Shown: in pieces, positions 25,439-38,060 of the stretch
Layout of the letters: each line of letters begins with the position of its first letter
How positions within the stretch are numbered: the first letter of the stretch is position 1
Source: Octopus sinensis
Lineage: Eukaryota
DNA length: 64,000 bases
Direction of reading: 5' to 3'
Assembly: GCF_006345805.1 (NCBI RefSeq)
Contig: NC_043014.1
Coordinates: 36,580,001-36,644,000, forward strand
Notes under the pieces: generated by a model
Database searches by the model: none
The model's input: the letters and a program-made list of their open reading frames with translations, nothing else
What the model was told of the DNA's origin: nothing
Position numbers and translations under genes: made by a program

Positions 25439-27466
25439 TGATCTTTTCCTTAAGATAGACAGGATTCAACCCAATTTCTAGTTAAATAAACAATTTGAAA
25501 CTTCGTATACTGGTAGAATGTGTCAAAAGAAAACATTATTTTCACTTGGCTTTTTTGATAAGTTTGTAATTTGTAAGTTTAACGTAGTTTAATTCTTCGA
25601 ATTTTAACCAATGAATCGCCAGTATTTGAGCTCAAATCCTTTGCTGCGTCTAAAAACCCAGACAACATCCTGTTACTGTTTGCTTTCGTTTTCCTTCTCT
25701 CACTCAGTCCGTCTCTCTATGATCTACATATGTAAATACAAACATACGTATAAACACTCATGTATGAATGTGTATGGCTATATGTCTGTCTGTTGGTATG
25801 TTGCTATGGATATGATTTACAACTATCTCCAGTAGCAAGGCCCTGGTCTGGGAATTCCAGGATTTTGTGGAACCACTTCTTACGGGATGGAGAAAGATGC
25901 TGTGTATGATCAATGTGTGTAACTTGCCTCATCTTGGTCTCCACGCTCCACAAAGCATTGCTACAACTGCCCACCCCTCCATTGAACCATGAAGATTTCT
26001 TCCCGGAGCCTGCCTGACCCAGGCTTCGCATGCAAAAGCAGGCAACCCCTAATATGCTAATTAACCCATAGCTGTGATGTAGTGTAGCAGACCTCATCAC
26101 TGCCTGGCCTGTTAGAGTCCAGACTGTTGCAGCAAGCATTTAGACCAAATCCTTGGTTCAGTGCAGACCTTGGAACGACAGGAGCTAAGAAGTGGTTCCA
26201 CAAAATCCTGGAATTCCCAGACCAGGGCCTAGCTACTGGAGATAGTTGTAAATCATATCCATGGCAACATACCAACAGACAGACATATAGCCATACACAT
26301 TCATACATATGTATCCAATATTTACTTCCCAAAATTGCACTAAATATATATTTTCCTCAAGAGAATACTCATGTATGGAGGATCGTATTGTACATGTGTG
26401 ACATGTTTCAGTATCTGTGTATATTTAGAAATATGTTCGTGGATTCTTGTTTTTTTTCTAGTTATTCGTGTGTGTATATATTTTGGAGATGTACTTGCAT
26501 AGCAAGTGACCTGATCTGAGATCATGTGCTGGAACAAAAACAATTACAGCGTGGAAGGTTTTTATGAGCCATTTAAGAAACACACAAAATCCGTTTTATA
26601 TATATATATATATATAACAAACACCATCCGATTGTGGCCGTTGCCAGCCTCGCCTGGCCTCCGTGCCGGTGGCACGTAAAAAGCACCATCCGAGCGTGGC
26701 CGTTCGCCAGCCTCGTCTGGCACCTGTGTCGGTGGCACATAAAAAGCACCCACTACACTCTCGGAGTGGTTGGCGTTAGGAAGGGCATCCAGCTGTAGAA
26801 ACACCGCCAGATCAGACTGGCCTGGTGCAGCCTTCGGGCTTCCCAGACCCCAGTTGCAACGTCCAACCTATGCTAGCATGGAAAGCGGACGTTAAACGAT
26901 GATGATGATGATGATGATGATGATATATATATATATATGGATGCACACACGTGTATATAAACATATATACACACAATATGGGAATACATACATACGCATA
27001 CAAATATATAAATACACATACATATGTAAATACAAACACACACATTTCATATAATCTTCCACATTCTTTGTACGTTTCACAAACATACACACACAACACA
27101 TTCTACACATCTTTATACACACTCTCAGTTTCACTATCACACACCATCGCACATCTTCAACAAGCTGCATGAAGGCCTCTACATCCACTGCTTTTCATTT
27201 TACTGTCCGCATAAGCATCACATCTTCTACACACCACATACATACACCTTTATATATACTGTTATACACTATCGCACGTTTTATACACTCTACATATAGT
27301 CCTGTATACACGCTGTCATACATATCACATCTACGCACCATATATACACCTAAGTACATTTATATATCATTACATAATATACACCAATTGCCTGTAGTCT
27401 TGTGTATATATACGATTAAATCAAGGATATAAAAACCCTCGTAAAGGGATGTTATCAGTTCTTTTT

Positions 27467-27511
<45 letters not shown>

Positions 27512-27982
27512 TACACACTACTGTACATCACACATTTATACACACCACAAAGTCCTCTACACTACAAATATTATACACACTTCATGTCGTCCTCAACATT
27601 GACTGTCCGTCCACACAGCATATACATATATATATATATATATATATAATATATATATATATATTATATTATATATATATATTATATACATGAGTGTTTA
27701 TACGTATGTTTATATTTACATATGTAGATCACAGAGAGACGGACTGAGTGAGAGAAGGAAAACGAAAACAAACAGTAACAGGCTGTTGTCTGAGTTTTTA
27801 GACGCAGCAAATGATTTGAGCTCAAATACTGGCGATTCGTTAAACTTACAAATTACAAATTTATCAAAAAGCCAAGTGAAAATAATGTTTTCTTTTGACA
27901 CATTCTACCAGTATACGAAGTTTCAAATTGTTTAGTTAACTAGAAATTGGGTTGAATTCTGTCTATCTAAAGGAAAAGATCC
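25439..27982. mobile_element. Foldback TIR element with ~440-bp arms and 8-bp TSD
   Basis: Termini TGATCTTTTC / GAAAAGATCC; GGAAATTG at 25431-25438 and 27983-27990. Left arm 25439-25880 mirrors 27685-27982 plus 26187-26310. Confidence 0.85.
26620..26922 (+). mobile_element. SINE/LINE-tail repeat ending in (GAT)n
   Basis: ...GGCGTTAGGAAGGGCATCCAGCTGTAGAAAC...GGACGTTAAACGATGATGAT; nested in the foldback element. Confidence 0.7.
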
Positions 27983-28240
27983 GGAAATTGACCTAGAAGA
28001 AATTCAGATGACTTCATCTGTTAGCCGGATTATAATAATACTAGACACATTGATGTCTATAAATCTGTGAGTCAGAATAATAGGGAGTTGTATATTGGGT
28101 AATGGAGTGGATATAGTACTGTCATTAATATAATACAAAATTACACAATTTTATTGTAGTTACATTACTAACTGGTTCAATACCTGTGGTATAGATCTAT
28201 CATGTAACTATAATATAATATTATATAAATAATAATTATA

Positions 28241-28301
28241 TTCAGTGGTAGAATGCTCGCCTGCCACGCGGGCGGCCCGGGTTCGATTCCCGGCCGATGC
28301 A
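28241..28301 (+). pseudogene. 5'-truncated tRNA-Gly(GCC)
   Basis: TTCAGTGGTAGAATGCTCGCCTGCCACGCGGGCGGCCCGGGTTCGATTCCCGGCCGATGCA has D-loop, GCC anticodon, T-loop and 3' acceptor strand, then TTTT. The first ~10 nt are replaced by AT-rich sequence. Confidence 0.85.
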
Positions 28302-28312
28302 CATCGCTTTTA

Positions 28313-28710
28313 GGCGCTGGGGTGGCTGTGTGGTAAGTAGCTTGCTAACCAACCACATGGTTCCGGGTTCAGTCCCACTGCGTGGAATCTTGGGCAAGTG
28401 TCTTCTGCTATAGCCCCGGGCCGACCAATGCCTTGTGAGTGGATTTGGTAGACGGAAACTGAAAGAAGCCTGTCGTATATATGTATATATATATGTGTGT
28501 GTGTTTGTGTGTCTGTGTTTGTCCCCCTAGCATTGCTTGACAACCGATGCTGGTGTGTTTACGTCCCCGTCACTTAGCGGTTCGGCAAAAATGTCCGATA
28601 TTATAAGTACTGGGCTTACAAAGAATAAGTCCCGGGGTCGATTTGCTCGACTAAAGGCGGTGCTTCAGCATGGCCACAGTCAAATGACAGAAACAAGTAA
28701 AAGAGTAAAG
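28313..28710 (+). mobile_element. tRNA-derived SINE (second family)
   Basis: Full-length match to 19808-20200. Confidence 0.85.
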
Positions 28711-29183
28711 AGAGTATATCTGGATGGGCTTGTACACGGTATATAACGTGGTATATTTTATCTAAGTTTGGTTTTGGCCATTAGTGGCCCAGACCACGTG
28801 AAACTTAACAATATCGCTTCGTGTAGTCTTGTAAGTCATACTTTAAGAGGGAAAGCAACTGTTATTTGCAGAGAAGTACCCGGATGTCGGTGGATTGTTT
28901 CGTATTTCTCGGAGGAATTTGTTAATTTTCTGTTTGAATGCTGCGAAGTCGTATTATTTTGATTTGTTTCGGAATCATGTTAAGCAAGGCAGGAACCCTT
29001 CAGTGAAAGAAAAACTAATTGTAGTGCAATTCGTAATGTTGTCATGTGATATGAACTTGGCTTTTGTCGCAAATATGTATGGCGCGGGGACCAAGACATT
29101 AGTAAATATCTTCTACAAGAGTCCAATGATGTCCAATGCCTCTTAAGTGAGTTTGGTCGAAGGAAAATCTGTTGAAGTCTGTC

Positions 29184-29327
<144 letters not shown>

Positions 29328-29400
29328 CTATCTATCTATCTATCTATCATCTATCTATCTATCTATCTATCTATATATATATATATATATATATACATAT

Positions 29401-29458
<58 letters not shown>

Positions 29459-29883
29459 CATATATATATATATGTATGTGTGACAAAGAGAGACAGAGAA
29501 AGAGAGAAAGAGAGTGAGAGAGAGAGCGTATACATGTATGTGTTTATCATTCGTTCCCCCACAATCACTTGAGAACCTGTGTTGGTTTGTTTACATCCTT
29601 GTAGCTTTGCAGATCGGCAGTAGAGAGGGTTATAATAAGCACTGGTGTCCATTTGTTCGACGAAGACCTTGCATGGCCACGGTGAAATAAGTGAAAGAAG
29701 CAAAAGTTAAAGTACAAAGGATACCTGCATTAGCTTTTCCTTCGATTGCTGGCCGCAACTCTCCTAGAATAAAATATAATAAATTAGAAACAAAATAGTA
29801 TTTGATATATTGATACAGTTTTTTTCCAAACTGGAAAGTGAAATCAAAGCAAAATGTGTGCATGCGTGTGTGTGTGTGTGTGT

Positions 29884-29932
<49 letters not shown>

Positions 29933-32103
29933 GTGTGTGTGGTGTGTGTGTGTGTTGTGTGTTTTAACGACCTCTACTAAATAGAGGTCGTTAAAATTGA
30001 TAATCCTATCTTCGTTGTCAGGAATTAGTCAAGGGATCGAAGAATTCTCTCACTCATCCAACCACAACCCGTGTAAACATTGAGAGTCATGAAGGACGGT
30101 AATAGCAGGAACCGAAATGAATAGGAATTCAATCTTCACAATAATATTATGGGAACTAAAAACTAGAGGCAGGCAGACGTTTTCGAAAACATAGAATAAT
30201 GATCACCCCGAATGAAAACAATTGAAAAATCATTAAGGCCTCCGAAATGTACATCTCCCATGAAGAGAACACGCTCTGCTCTGAGGTACCTATCTCCTAT
30301 GAAAGAACCGACCTTTAGTGAAGAATCCAGCGAGAACTGAAAGAGTATATATATGTATGTGTATATATGTTTGCATGCGCGTCTACCTGTGTGTCTAGCG
30401 GTGGAGTCTAGCAGCTCAGTTCATGGATGAGCAACTCCACTACAATCAACACGATAACAAAAGTCAAAACAAGCTTATCAACAATAACAACTAAACGCAG
30501 AGTAAAACACAGACGCCGAACCTCGAGCCCCTCCTCATCAACACTGCTTATAGTGGCGGTGATGTTGGCCATAGGAAGCGAAATTATTCTTGCAAAGGTG
30601 GGGATTCGATGAATACCTTTCGAAAACTACCACAAAAGGGCTATTAATTTAAACTAGCACAAGCACATGTATCGAACTAAAAATATATTCTATAAAAATA
30701 AGGGTTTCAGGATGAAATAAGGGTTTCTGGACAACAGAAGCTTAGAAAGGTTTTTATTGTTTTTTTCCACCTCACTTGACAAGAGGGCCCTTCTCCAAAA
30801 ATATTGCTAGTGGCATTTCCAGATTTACCCTTAGATGTCGGTCGATTTAGATTAGATCCATAAAGAGAAACTCGGTTAGAGGAAGCTGAATGTATACTTA
30901 TCGGCGCGCAAAACTACAGGGTTCGGCTTAGCGAATTCGATAAGCGATATTTAATGGAAGAGTTCAGTTAGATCAGTATCGTGAACGTTTAGTAAATCAG
31001 TAATGATAGAGAGGAATAAATTGAGATGAGCTCTAGTGAGTAATCTAGAAGAGGCTATTAATAAAGTGACAGCTAGCAGCAGCAATAGGAATCATTTATT
31101 TCTATTCATGAAATGTGGATGATGTATTGACAAAGTTGTGTTCGTGTGCTAAAAGAAAGAAGAATCGAAGGCTGTCTGATAGAACCAAACAGGGAAAATA
31201 TGATGTAAAAGAAAAACTACAATCCAAACATTGTTTTGAACCATCGCATTCATAGTTCCCAGCTTTTTACCATGACTGCCATACAACAAACCCAGGCGAT
31301 TGTGTCTCAGCCAATCAAATCCATTGGAGAGCTAAAATCTTGTCAAATGACTTACATAGAATGTTCTAGAACTGTGCCGACGAAATATTAAAGGCGAACA
31401 AACCTAAAGAAAAGGACCGACATCAGATTCTACAAGGGGTTATGTCATTTTCTCTATCTTCAAATATTAACAACAGTGGGAGACACCAAGGATTTATGTC
31501 GGTAAATCTCACGTTTCTTTAACTGAATCTGTCCTCTCCAATTATGCATCATTGTTGTGTTATATATCAGCACGTTAAACTAACTAAATGTTTGTTTATT
31601 CGTTAAATCTAAAATGTCATCTCTGTACCTGGTTAAATAAACAAAATGAAATATTATATTCAATTTTGAGTAATGTTAAGAATTAAACACGAAGCACATG
31701 TTCTCTATTGTCGATTCTTAATTAGCTGCATCACAATCACGCTAAAATATTAACCCTGCTCATTTCAACCTTACAAGGACTGCTTTCCTCTCAATCATTT
31801 TCTGAAAGAGTTAGGCCATTTACCACGCAACTACTTCCAAATCAATCAGGAAATCTAAATCGAACCCAAACCTTCGAAATCTAATCACCTAGTCGATAGG
31901 GAGTAGACCATTTTGATTTGTCTCTGTATCCTATACTATAATGGTGACATCGTCCTCTAATGCAGATACGATACTTCTTACATAGCTAAGTTTTTCAAAA
32001 TATCCAACTTCTATTAGTAAAGATCTGAGGTTACATAGCAACAGTAACATTAACAGAAAAAGTAAAAACGCAAACCAAAATAACATAAAGGGCATTTGCT
32101 CAC

Positions 32104-32402
32104 CTTTTGCGATGATTGGTATACTAAATGTTTTGCCGAAAACAAAACACGAGATCACTGTGACGTCAAGGTCGTCCTTTTTTACAGTGTAATTAAAAGT
32201 TGACTCTACTAGAACATAACATTTGCCAGCAGTTGAAACATTTACATAAAGTTTATGTTCAGTTTTGCCGCGAAAACTGTTTTCAATCCAAAAAGGCATG
32301 ACGATCAAAAGGTGAACCGACATATGCTCTACATCTGAAGGTCGATGTCTTGTCAACTGCAAAGGGAGGGTTAAAGTTCCAGATCCTTAATGTGAGGTTT
32401 TG
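32104..32402 (-). pseudogene. Ig C2-like domain exon (paralogue B) with two apparent +1 frameshifts
   Basis: TTTACTTTTCAG| ... AAAG|GTGAG; 299 nt = 297+2. Restored: AKPHIKDLxFNPPFAVDKTSTFRCRAYVGSPFDRHAFWIENSFRG...GKCYVLVESTFNYTVKKDDLDVTVISCFVFG. Could be an assembly error rather than a pseudogene. Confidence 0.75.
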
Positions 32403-32784
32403 CTGAAAAGTAAACAAATTAACATTTGTTAATTTTAGGATAATAGATCTTTTAGGAAAATATATTCAGTGGTTTCACTGATATAAACTACAATCTTCAT
32501 ACTCAAACAAAGAGTATAACAACACTCAAACTATCTGTGAAGCTAAGCCCTTTGAACTCCTGCTTCTAAGTGTTCAACTGTATAACTTTGTTTTAAAAAC
32601 GCTGGTGCTAGAGCAGTGTGGAGCCGTGTCAATAGCAATAACCATACAAGCTCATCAATAATACATTATACTTATATAAAAATATATATATATATTCTTA
32701 TATATATATATATAATATATATATATATATACACTATTGGTGAATTGAAGAAATGGAGCTGAACGCAGATTGAACAGAAATCGT

Positions 32785-32880
32785 TTTATTTCATTCTACA
32801 CGTGTTTCGAAAGGCACAAATTACCAAAATCCGATTGAATAATGGGACCATATTGTGTCTTTCTCTTCAGGAAGAAAAAA
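32785..32880 (-). ncRNA. Type-I hammerhead ribozyme motif (left arm)
   Basis: CTTC-CTGAAGA-GAAAG..CTTTC-GAAA-CACGTGT-A-GAA. Canonical core, long stem II, palindromic stem III, predicted cleavage after 32797. Confidence 0.75.
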
Positions 32881-32997
32881 GGCAATCCGTTGGAAAAACA
32901 AAACAGAACAGAGTTTCGCCCATGGCTCTTAGGAGCACAGTTCGATTTGTTTTTTGCTCTGCCTCTGTTCTGTTTTTTGTTTTTCCAACGGATTGCC

Positions 32998-33090
32998 TTT
33001 TTTCTTCCTGAAGAGAAAGACACAATATGGTCCCATTATTCAATCGATTTTGGTAATTTGTGCCTTTCGAAACACGTGTAGAATGAAATA
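32998..33090 (+). ncRNA. Type-I hammerhead ribozyme motif (right arm)
   Basis: CTGAAGA 33008-33014, GAAA 33069-33072, ACACGTGT helix III, GUA site at 33078-33080. Confidence 0.75.
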
Positions 33091-33318
33091 AAACGATTTC
33101 TGTTCAATCTGCGTTCAGCTCCATTTCTTCAATTCACCAATAATGTTTTAATTCAATTATCCGCACAACGCACGGTTGCAACGCCAGATGGTTGTACCTC
33201 CAACCGTGCTGTTCACTGCTGTGATTTTTGCTACTAAGGTATCGGTTAACTTTTGATTAATCCACTACAAGATTATTCATCTTTCTATTTCACATTATAA
33301 TATATAATATATATATAT

Positions 33319-33355
<37 letters not shown>

Positions 33356-33369
33356 CAATATATCATATA

Positions 33370-34200
33370 TATAGTATAAATATCAATGTCTGTGTGTTCG
33401 TGTGTTCATGTGTTACTTATACACTCGAAAACTACTGTACCGACCCTAATGAAATTTGGAACACTAAATGCAAGCCTAGTGAGAAGGGTTATGTTATATG
33501 TTTCATACAATTTTGAGGGGGTGTAAAGGAGGATGTAGAACCCCACCCCGCCCCGTCAAAATTCATATCCTTCCGATTTTGATGAAATTTGATCCCTAGG
33601 TATTAGAAATAAATTTTAAAATATACCCAAAATTGACATTTCTTTGGATGATTCTAAAACCACATAATGCGGGCTTAACCCCCAAATATCAGTCCTTTTT
33701 TATGGACCAAAATTACTGGATGGATCCTTAGGATATTTAGAACTTAGATTCAATGCATAAGGGCAAGTATAATGCGGTATGTTTGGTTTGAATTTGTGGG
33801 GCTTAAAGGGGGCAGAACCTTCCATGAAAATTCATAAATTTCTCTTGTTGATGACATTTCAACCATAAGTAATTGACACAAATCAAGAAGTATTCCCAAA
33901 GTTTCCGCTGCTTATGAAGATTCTAAGACCCCCAAATTTTAGTCATTTTTTTATGATCCAAAATAAGGTCAAAAGTACTGAATGGATGTTTATGAAATTT
34001 GGAAATTATATTCTATGCATAAGGGTAGATATAAAGTTTGAATGTGAGGGGTATAAATTCATATATTTTTACTGTTGATGAAAATTTAACCATAGATATT
34101 AGACACAAATGAATGTATATTCCTAAAATTTCAACTACTTACGAGATTAGTAAGACACCTCAATGGGGGATTAACTCCCATAATTTAGTCATGTTTCCTA
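33370..34200. mobile_element. Non-coding element with recurring ATGAAATTT(G) subrepeats (Helitron-/MITE-like)
   Basis: Repeated TGAAATTTG...AAATTCATA motifs after a (TA)n tract; termini not resolved. Confidence 0.35.
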
Positions 34201-34659
34201 AGCTAAAATGTATACAATTGTAGTCTTGGAAACTGTAGAGTCACCCGGGAATACAAGATGAGCGTTATTTGTAAGAGTTTGCTTTGAGATATATTTAGAT
34301 TGTGATTTCTGCTGTGTGCATAAATTGTCAAGTAAAGGAGAGCCAAATTTGCCTCCACTGGTTTCGTTGCAAAGTGTTATTTTGAGCAAAGTTATTTGGT
34401 TGTAGACCTCCTTTGCGACTTTTTATTATCACTGGGTCAGAGACAGTCCCCAAATGGTGTCATTGATTTCAAGGCCTTTCCAGATAAGTGATTGGTCATT
34501 CAAAGAGACTTATAGGTTGCAAATTTCTGTTCAGTTACCTATCGGCATATTGATTAATGGCAAACTCCAGAGGTGACACTTTCATTTCCCCTTACCCCTC
34601 ACGTCACACAGTTGTTATTGTTTATTTGAGTTGGGTCACGCCCTTCCAATAAATGATCT

Positions 34660-35330
34660 CGTCTAGAACATTCAGAGGAGCTGACGACAGATGAACTCCT
34701 GCAGCTTCAGGAGCAACAGCATTTGGATGCGGTGGAAGGGATTGGTTCCTCGGAGGAACACAGTGTAGCAGGGAATGTTATCACTATTAGTATCATAGAT
34801 GCAGTGTTGGCAAAGTTGCAGTATTTTTTCTAAATTGGTAGAAAAATATTATCTTGAAAAAGTAACTACTTATCATGCAGCTGCTTTATTCAGTGACACT
34901 GCACCGGCGCATTTTCGATATATTTTTGATATATTTCTAATGAAACGACCTGCAAGTGTAAAAAGTGAAGAAAATGTGTCCCAAAATGTTAAATTTATCG
35001 AAGTGAGACAGAAAATGCCAGAGGTTGTTCTTTATGAAGTCTTAATGGAAGGAGATTCTCCTCCCCAACAGTATTTCTCCTCCCCTCTCTCTATCGTCTT
35101 CCTCACGCATATATCGTCCCATTTTTAAGATAATTCAGCTAATAAAACCTGTTTACATATTTCTTTTACGTTCTCTATTTTATAATTGTCATTTTAATTG
35201 GAAGTACACCTTTTCTGTCTTAAAACTCATAAAAAATTGTTTTTGGACTGTTTGGCGGGCCTGGAACGGATTAATTATATTGCAGTTAATTTCAATGGGG
35301 AAAATTGATTTGTAAAATGAGTAAATTGCA
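34660..35330 (+). mobile_element. Tigger/pogo-like transposon 3' fragment
   Basis: EELTTDELLQLQEQQH...VEKYYLEKVTTYHAAALFSDTAPAHFR resembles Tigger transposase C-termini; GGAACGGATTAAT...CAATGGG subterminal motif. Confidence 0.7.
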
Positions 35331-35503
35331 CAACTATTACAGTACACAATACGTAGATTATTTCTGCAATAGAAAATACAAAACCAGAGTAAAATATTGC
35401 ACATATGAAATGCTACAAATCTGTCCACATCAGTGCAGTAGAAACACGCAATAGAGATAAAAGTAATATTGGGGCTGAAACAAATAGAACTAGTAAAACT
35501 CAC

Positions 35504-35821
35504 CTCCCAGAAGTTTAGGTTTTGAAGCTTCTAAAGGTGTATTACATGTGTAGTATCCCATATCCTTGCAGGAGAAAGGCAGCTTCATGCAGCTAATCTC
35601 AATTAAATCATCAGTCATTGTACAATTGAAATCTTTCTCCTCGGTTGTTTTCTCAAAGACACCATTCTCCTTGTTGTGTATAAATTTTGCAATGGTAATT
35701 TTCTGATCTTTCACCAGAGAAATCTCAGTAACATTATCTACATCACTCCTACATGTTATAGTTAATAGATTATATAATTCAAATTCAATACCATCAGCAG
35801 GGGTTATGTCCATTTCAACAA
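35504..35821 (-). CDS. Ig V-like domain exon (paralogue B), phase 1-1
   Basis: TTCCTACACAG| ... GGAG|GTGAGT; 318 nt open. xVEMDITP...LTITCRSDV...FNCTMTDDLIEISCMKLPFSCKDMGYYTC...SKPKLLG. Confidence 0.88.
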
Positions 35822-35904
35822 CTGTGTAGGAATAAAGGAAAAGAATAAATCAGAGGAACTGTTTGTAGTAATACATAACTGCATTTACAGAACGACTTCA
35901 GAGA

Positions 35905-36270
35905 AGGAGGAGAAGAAGAAGAAGAAGAAGAAGAAGAAGAAGAAAAGAAGAAGAAGAAGAAGAAGAAGAAGAAGAAGAAGAAGAAGGAGAAGAAGAAAAA
36001 GATGAAGAAGAAGGAGAAGAAAAAGAAGAAGGAGAAGAAGAAGAAGAAGAAGAAGAAGAAGAAGAAAAAAGAGAAAAGGAAGGAAAAGAAGAAGAAGAAG
36101 AAGGAGAAGAAGAAGAAGGGGAAGAAGGGGAAGGAGAAGAAGGAGAAGAAGAAGAAGAAGAAGAAAAGAAGAAGAAGAAGAAGAAGAAGAAGAAGGAGGA
36201 GGAGAAGAAGAAGAAGAAGAAGAAGAAGAAGAAGAAGAAGAAGAGAAGAAGAAGAAAAAGAAGAAGAAGA
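35905..36270. repeat. Long imperfect (GAA)n polypurine tract
   Basis: Direct reading; source of the poly-K/R/L/S pseudo-ORFs. Confidence 0.95.
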
Positions 36271-36659
36271 ATATAGTGATAGTCATGAAAAAGTAGGAGA
36301 AAAATGACCAATAGAAATTATGGGTGTAAATTTGAATATGGATTGCATTGTGCTCAAATAAATTTAGCATAATGATTTAAATGCTCTTTTTTAATGTTTA
36401 TTGTTATATTATGTATTGCTGTTGTCATTTAAGACGCAAGGAAACACCAATTTTTCCCTATTTTACTGTCACTCCGAAAGTTACTTGGGAAATTTTCTGA
36501 GTAATATTTTAAAAGGTCTTCATCATTCTCGACACAATCAAGATCTTGTGCAATTGAAATCTAAGTGTCTTTCGTAACTTGTATATCATATCATATAATT
36601 TTACATCACTGTGTCTTATATTATATCATACTATCTGTATATATAAGTCACAGAATGTA

Positions 36660-36864
36660 CGTGTATACATTTCCACAATTCTCTACCGATTTGGTCAGCT
36701 GATATCAGTTTTGGCACACACTTGGTAACATGCATCTCATACCCAAATCTTCAGTGATAAAGGACTGAACTGAACCATAACTAATCTGAACATCCTCTGA
36801 TAACTCACGAATTGTGGTTCGACGATTTCTCCTCATGGCTCATACATTCCTCTCCATACACATA

Positions 36865-36906
<42 letters not shown>

Positions 36907-36932
36907 TTTGCGTGTGTGTGTGTTTGTGTGTG

Positions 36933-36986
<54 letters not shown>

Positions 36987-38060
36987 ATATATTTACTTTT
37001 CCTTTATTTCAGCATGTCATAATTGTCTTTTTAACCAACTGAAATCAGTAGCAAATTTTGATAGAAATTTAAGCACTTTCTTTCTTTTAGCCATGATGGA
37101 GTGTTCTAAGCATTTTCATCCTGTTGATCCCTGTTCTTACATATAAATTTACTCGTGTGAAACCCCTTTGCCTTTTCAGTATTATCTAATACTAGCAAAC
37201 GTACCCATCCTTTCACAGTTTAAGTTGCATTTATGCCCATGACACCTGATTGAGACTAGAGGTGAATAATCTCGCGTGTCCATAACTTTCAGTGTTCTAA
37301 CACCGATGCTTTGAGAGAGTATTCTTCACCGCGCCAGGTTTCAGGCAGCCGGAAAATGTATGAGTTTTCTTGCATGCGGTAAGATTCCCAGGATGTCAAA
37401 AGAAAGTATACTATCCCATGTTCATAAAGCGGGGAGCAGAACAGAAGCTAGAAGTTTCAGGCCTATCTCTCTGACGTCACATATTTGTAAGTTTATGGAA
37501 CGCATTGACTGAAGGGGGCTAATCACGTTCTTTTAAGAAAGTAACTTGCGCACACACAACACACGACAGAGCTTCCGTCGGGGGAGAAGCTACGTCTCAC
37601 AGCTACTACACACAGTAGATCCTCTGTTTCCGCTTTTAAATCACTTTTAGTCATCCACAGCCATCTTTTATCTCTGTATGTCTTATCTTTACCGTCTTTA
37701 TGAAATTGACCATGCATTCTTTTCTTTACCCACCTATTTTCAGTTTCATTCGTTTTCAATTACTTGCATAGTGCTTTATCTTTGCAATCTTTGATCCTAC
37801 ACAAGCCTGACTTTCTTACTTCTCATAATAGTGGTTCTGTGGAACTTTTTATATACCATGCTATGTTGTTGTCTTCCGCTCTAATGGTGTGTTCGCATCC
37901 AATAGATCCCCTTCCCCTTCTTTTTCTTGTTACATACAGTCTGTCTGTGTCACTTTTTGTGTGTAGTGACCCATATATAGTGAGCAACTTTCTCAATTTC
38001 TGTCCAAGCTGTTTAGCTCGTCTACTGTCCAAGCGATTACTCCTGCTCTATATCTAAGGA
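36660..38060. repeat. Segmental duplication, copy 1 (copy 2 at 45250-46890)
   Basis: Same order in both: mariner fragment, unique block (TTTATTTCAGCATGTCATAATTG...), CR1 RT piece (RSFRPISLTSHI), R4 fragment. Confidence 0.9.

Larger units (their letters stand above)
32731..33146. repeat. 416-bp palindrome (~183-bp arms, ~49-nt spacer)
   Basis: 32731-32913 is a near-perfect reverse complement of 32963-33146. Confidence 0.95.

Noticed and set aside
30000-30620. Short open frames on both strands (e.g. 30427..30612)
   Set aside because: No recognisable motif, splice-phase fit or paralogue; left unassigned.
30980-31148. Strong acceptor followed by HTNTTL...MNRNK*FLLLLLAVTLLIASS, a possible downstream IgSF exon
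   Set aside because: Stop before the hydrophobic run in phase 0 and an early stop in the phase-1 frame needed after C2; no paralogous copy to test.
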